A stretch of 42,835 nt of DNA, the filler included, from an uncultured virus (IMG/VR IMGVR_UViG_2061766007_001633) (lineage: Duplodnaviria; Heunggongvirae; Uroviricota; Caudoviricetes). It is 5 parts of one record of this genome, joined end to end, with 100 filler letters (N's around TTAATTAATTAA, not from the genome) between each part and the next. Parts side by side here need not be neighbours in the genome. Positions count along the whole stretch, not along the records: positions 23,811 to 41,535 come from IMGVR_UViG_2061766007_001633; positions 41,636 to 42,835 come from IMGVR_UViG_2061766007_001633; 3 more parts are not named here. One strand, 5' to 3'. The notes under the pieces were generated by a model. The model did no database searches. It had not been told where the DNA came from and worked only from the letters and a program-made list of their open reading frames with translations. Shown here piece after piece: positions 40,719 through 42,835 of this stretch. The translations under genes were made by a program, and so were the position numbers. Numbering within the stretch: the stretch's first letter is position 1; every line of letters starts with the position of its first letter.

Positions 40719-41492
40719 ATGATGGAACTCTTAGAAGATGTTTTTATCCGCTGTAGTAGGTGCGGAAAAGTCACTGGAATACACAAAGAGGATTTTGATT
40801 TTGAGTCCTATGTATATGATCGTGGCGATAATAGGATGGGTGAAGAAATCGAATTCCGTCACGAGGGATACATTAAATGTGATCAATGCGATANNNNNNN
40901 NNNNNNNNNNNNNNNNNNNNNNNNNNNNNNNNNNNCAATAGGTGCATTCAACTATGAAGATAGTGAAATAACTGGCGGGCGGTTTGAGGAAGAGCCGAAC
41001 ATGGGGGTTATATATAGCCAAGATGATTTTGACCTCGATGATGCATACCCTGCATTTACACGGGTGGAGCAAATCATCATGGATATCGCCCAGAATCGTG
41101 AGTTGATCTACGACATTTCTCCCAGAGAGTTTGAGGCGGTTATCGAACGGGTGCTTCAAGATGAAGGCTTTGAAACAAAGTTGACACAACAAACCAGAGA
41201 TGGTGGCCGTGATATAATCGCAACAAAGTATGAGATGGGAAAGCCGGTCGTTTTCTATATCGAGTGTAAACGCTACGGACGCCAGAACTCTGTGGGCGTA
41301 AATATCGTTCGTTCTCTATATGGCGTCCAGTCGGCTGACCAAATAAACAAAGCGATTCTCGTAACAACTGGACATGTCACCCGTGGTGCTCGCAGATTTG
41401 TAGATGATCAGAATACGATGATGAGTGTCATCGATGTCGAGGAAATACACGAACTGATTCAAAGAAGCGCAAGGAAATATAGAGGCTACTGA
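40719..41492 (+). CDS. Mrr-like (Mrr_cat) restriction endonuclease with an N-terminal CxxC...CxxC domain
   Basis: SPREFEAVI, TQQTRDGGRDIIA, YIECKRY, KAILVTTG; N-terminal CSRC and CDQC. Confidence 0.87.
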   Translation: MMELLEDVFIRCSRCGKVTGIHKEDFDFESYVYDRGDNRMGEEIEFRHEGYIKCDQCDXXXXXXXXXXXXXXXIGAFNYEDSEITGGRFEEEPNMGVIYSQDDFDLDDAYPAFTRVEQIIMDIAQNRELIYDISPREFEAVIERVLQDEGFETKLTQQTRDGGRDIIATKYEMGKPVVFYIECKRYGRQNSVGVNIVRSLYGVQSADQINKAILVTTGHVTRGARRFVDDQNTMMSVIDVEEIHELIQRSARKYRGY

Positions 41493-41495
41493 ACC

Positions 41496-41526
41496 TTTTA
41501 ATTATTCCACACTTTTTAATTATTCC
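41496..41526 (+). repeat. 13-bp direct repeat TTTTAATTATTCC, two copies
   Basis: Copies at 41496-41508 and 41514-41526, just after the last defence gene. Confidence 0.6.
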
Positions 41527-41579
41527 TCCGACAGCNNNNNNNNNNNNNNNNNNNNNNNNNNNNNNNNNNNNNNNNNNNN

Positions 41580-41591
41580 TTAATTAATTAA
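41580..41591. other. Artificial scaffold-joining linker TTAATTAATTAA
   Basis: Six-frame stop palindrome between N runs. Confidence 0.95.
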
Positions 41592-41635
41592 NNNNNNNNN
41601 NNNNNNNNNNNNNNNNNNNNNNNNNNNNNNNNNNN

Positions 41636-41735
41636 CGTGGAATACCCGACCACGGAGGAGATCATGGGGAAGCTCAAAGCACTGGAGACTGAGATCGGCA
41701 TGGAATTGGCAGAACTGGAGGGCATGCTGAAATGA
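41636..41735 (+). CDS. hsdM: C-terminus of a type I HsdM
   Basis: VEYPTTEEIMGKLKALETEIGMELAELEGMLK*, a typical HsdM C-terminal helix; hsdS follows downstream. Confidence 0.65.
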
Positions 41736-42383
41736 ACAGAAAACAAGAAGAATCAAACCTGACAAAAGAGAATCTTGAATTGTCGCTCGTAGATTCATGG
41801 GCACAAAGCCTTGTAAGAGACGATTTGGAATCCATTGTGACGGATTCTTTAGAGGTTNNNNNNNNNNNNNNNNNNNNNNNNNNNNNNNNNNNNNNNNNNN
41901 NNNNNNNNNNNNNNNNNNNNNNNNNNNNNNNNNNNNNNNNNNNNNNNNNNNNNNNNNNNNNNNNNNNNNNNNNNNNNNNNNNNNNNNNNNNNNNNNNNNN
42001 NNNNNNNTACATCCAGAGAATAACTAAAGACAAACAGTCAACACAACGGGAGCTTGAATATCTGTTAGTTTTGATTGACAGAATGATCTCAGAGCGTAAA
42101 GTCCAGTTTTTAGCAAAATTATATTTAGCACATATAAGGAACGAGGTAGACTGGCCGCTTTTTTGNNNNNNNNNNNNNNNNNNNNNNNNNNNNNNNNNNN
42201 NNNNNNNNNNNNNNNNNNNNNNNNNNNNNNNNNNNNNNNNNNNNNNNNNNNNNNNNNNNNGTTGAACTTACAAAACACAGAACGGTATACGACATTGATG
42301 GGAATGCTCTTGCCATAAGAAATGATGGCGTTTATTCTTTAACCGCTTTTGGAAGCACGTTATCAGAGATAATACTGGAATAA
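41732..42383 (+). CDS. Hypothetical protein between hsdM and hsdS (gapped)
   Basis: ATGA coupling to hsdM; LLVLIDRMISERKVQFLAKLYLAHIRNEVDW...VYSLTAFGSTLSEIILE* after the last gap. Confidence 0.6.
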
Positions 42384-42410
42384 TCCAGTTGCTTTTATGA
42401 GGATGATGGG

Positions 42411-42835
42411 ATGACGGAATACAGATTAGAAGACCTGTTTGATCTTCAAATGGGCAAAACGCCGTCACGAAACAATTCAACNNNNNNNNNNNNNNNNNNN
42501 NNNNNNNNNNNNNNNNNNNNNNNNNNNNNNNNNNNNNNNNNNNNNNNNNNNNNNNNNNNNNNNNNNNNNNNNNNNNNNNNNNNNNNNNNNNTGAGTTTTA
42601 AACTCTCAATCGGAAAGACCGCCATCACGGGCGAGGACATGTACTCAAACGAGGCGATCATGGCTTTTCATGATAGACATGTTGTCGATCTGCTCCCGGA
42701 TTACATTTTTTATCTTCTATCAAGTCATGATTGGAATGAAGGAACCAACAAGGCAGTTATGGGGCAAACCCTCAACAAAGCCACACTTTCAAAGATTAAA
42801 GTCAAAATACATAGTTTAGACGAGCAGCAGAAGAT
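42411..42835 (+). CDS. hsdS: Type I R-M specificity subunit S, 5' part (not in ORF track)
   Basis: MTEYRLEDLFDLQMGKTPSR...SFKLSIGKTAI...SNEAIMAF...GQTLNKATLSKIKV...LDEQQK. Confidence 0.88.
   Translation, partial: MTEYRLEDLFDLQMGKTPSRNNSXXXXXXXXXXXXXXXXXXXXXXXXXXXXXXXXXXXXXXSFKLSIGKTAITGEDMYSNEAIMAFHDRHVVDLLPDYIFYLLSSHDWNEGTNKAVMGQTLNKATLSKIKVKIHSLDEQQK

Larger units (their letters stand above)
23811..41535 (+). other. Anti-phage defence island
   Basis: Consecutive co-oriented RloC-like, type I R-M, Hachiman-like, DUF4357, GmrSD-like and Mrr-like genes with short intergenic distances. Confidence 0.88.

Overview
The window is not one contiguous locus. Four N-flanked TTAATTAATTAA linkers (six-frame stop spacers at 11726, 14842, 23755, 41580) join five scaffolds. 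Inside each scaffold, short N gaps separate overlapping but non-identical copies of the same genes, which indicates collapsed strain or prophage variants from a metagenomic-type assembly. Scaffolds 1-3 (1-23710) are pieces of a temperate Bacillota (Clostridia-type) siphovirus-like prophage. They carry tail/adhesin genes including a ~750-aa beta-propeller protein, holins, an amidase endolysin, an HTH-Zn/SHOCT/tandem serine recombinase module, an HK97 capsid, a family A DNA polymerase, DUF2815, DUF2800 and a sigma-70 region 4-like regulator with a structured leader. Scaffold 4 (23811-41535) is a co-oriented anti-phage defence island: an RloC-like ABC-ATPase/HEPN protein, HsdM fragments, an NBR1-Ig (FW) domain protein, an excisionase-like HTH, type I R-M hsdMSR, Hachiman-like hamAB, a standalone DUF4357, a GmrSD-like DUF262 protein and a Zn-domain-Mrr endonuclease. 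Scaffold 5 is another type I R-M fragment with an unknown gene between hsdM and hsdS. The most notable observations are: a HamA lacking its ExK nuclease motif in an operon with three modification-reader/nuclease genes; an RloC-like protein lacking the HEPN His; a shared bipartite motif that is a candidate phage-sigma promoter for both the replication and recombinase modules; two sigma alleles with swapped recognition helices; and an RBS-sequestering switchable RNA leader. All family calls come from motif recognition only; no searches were run.
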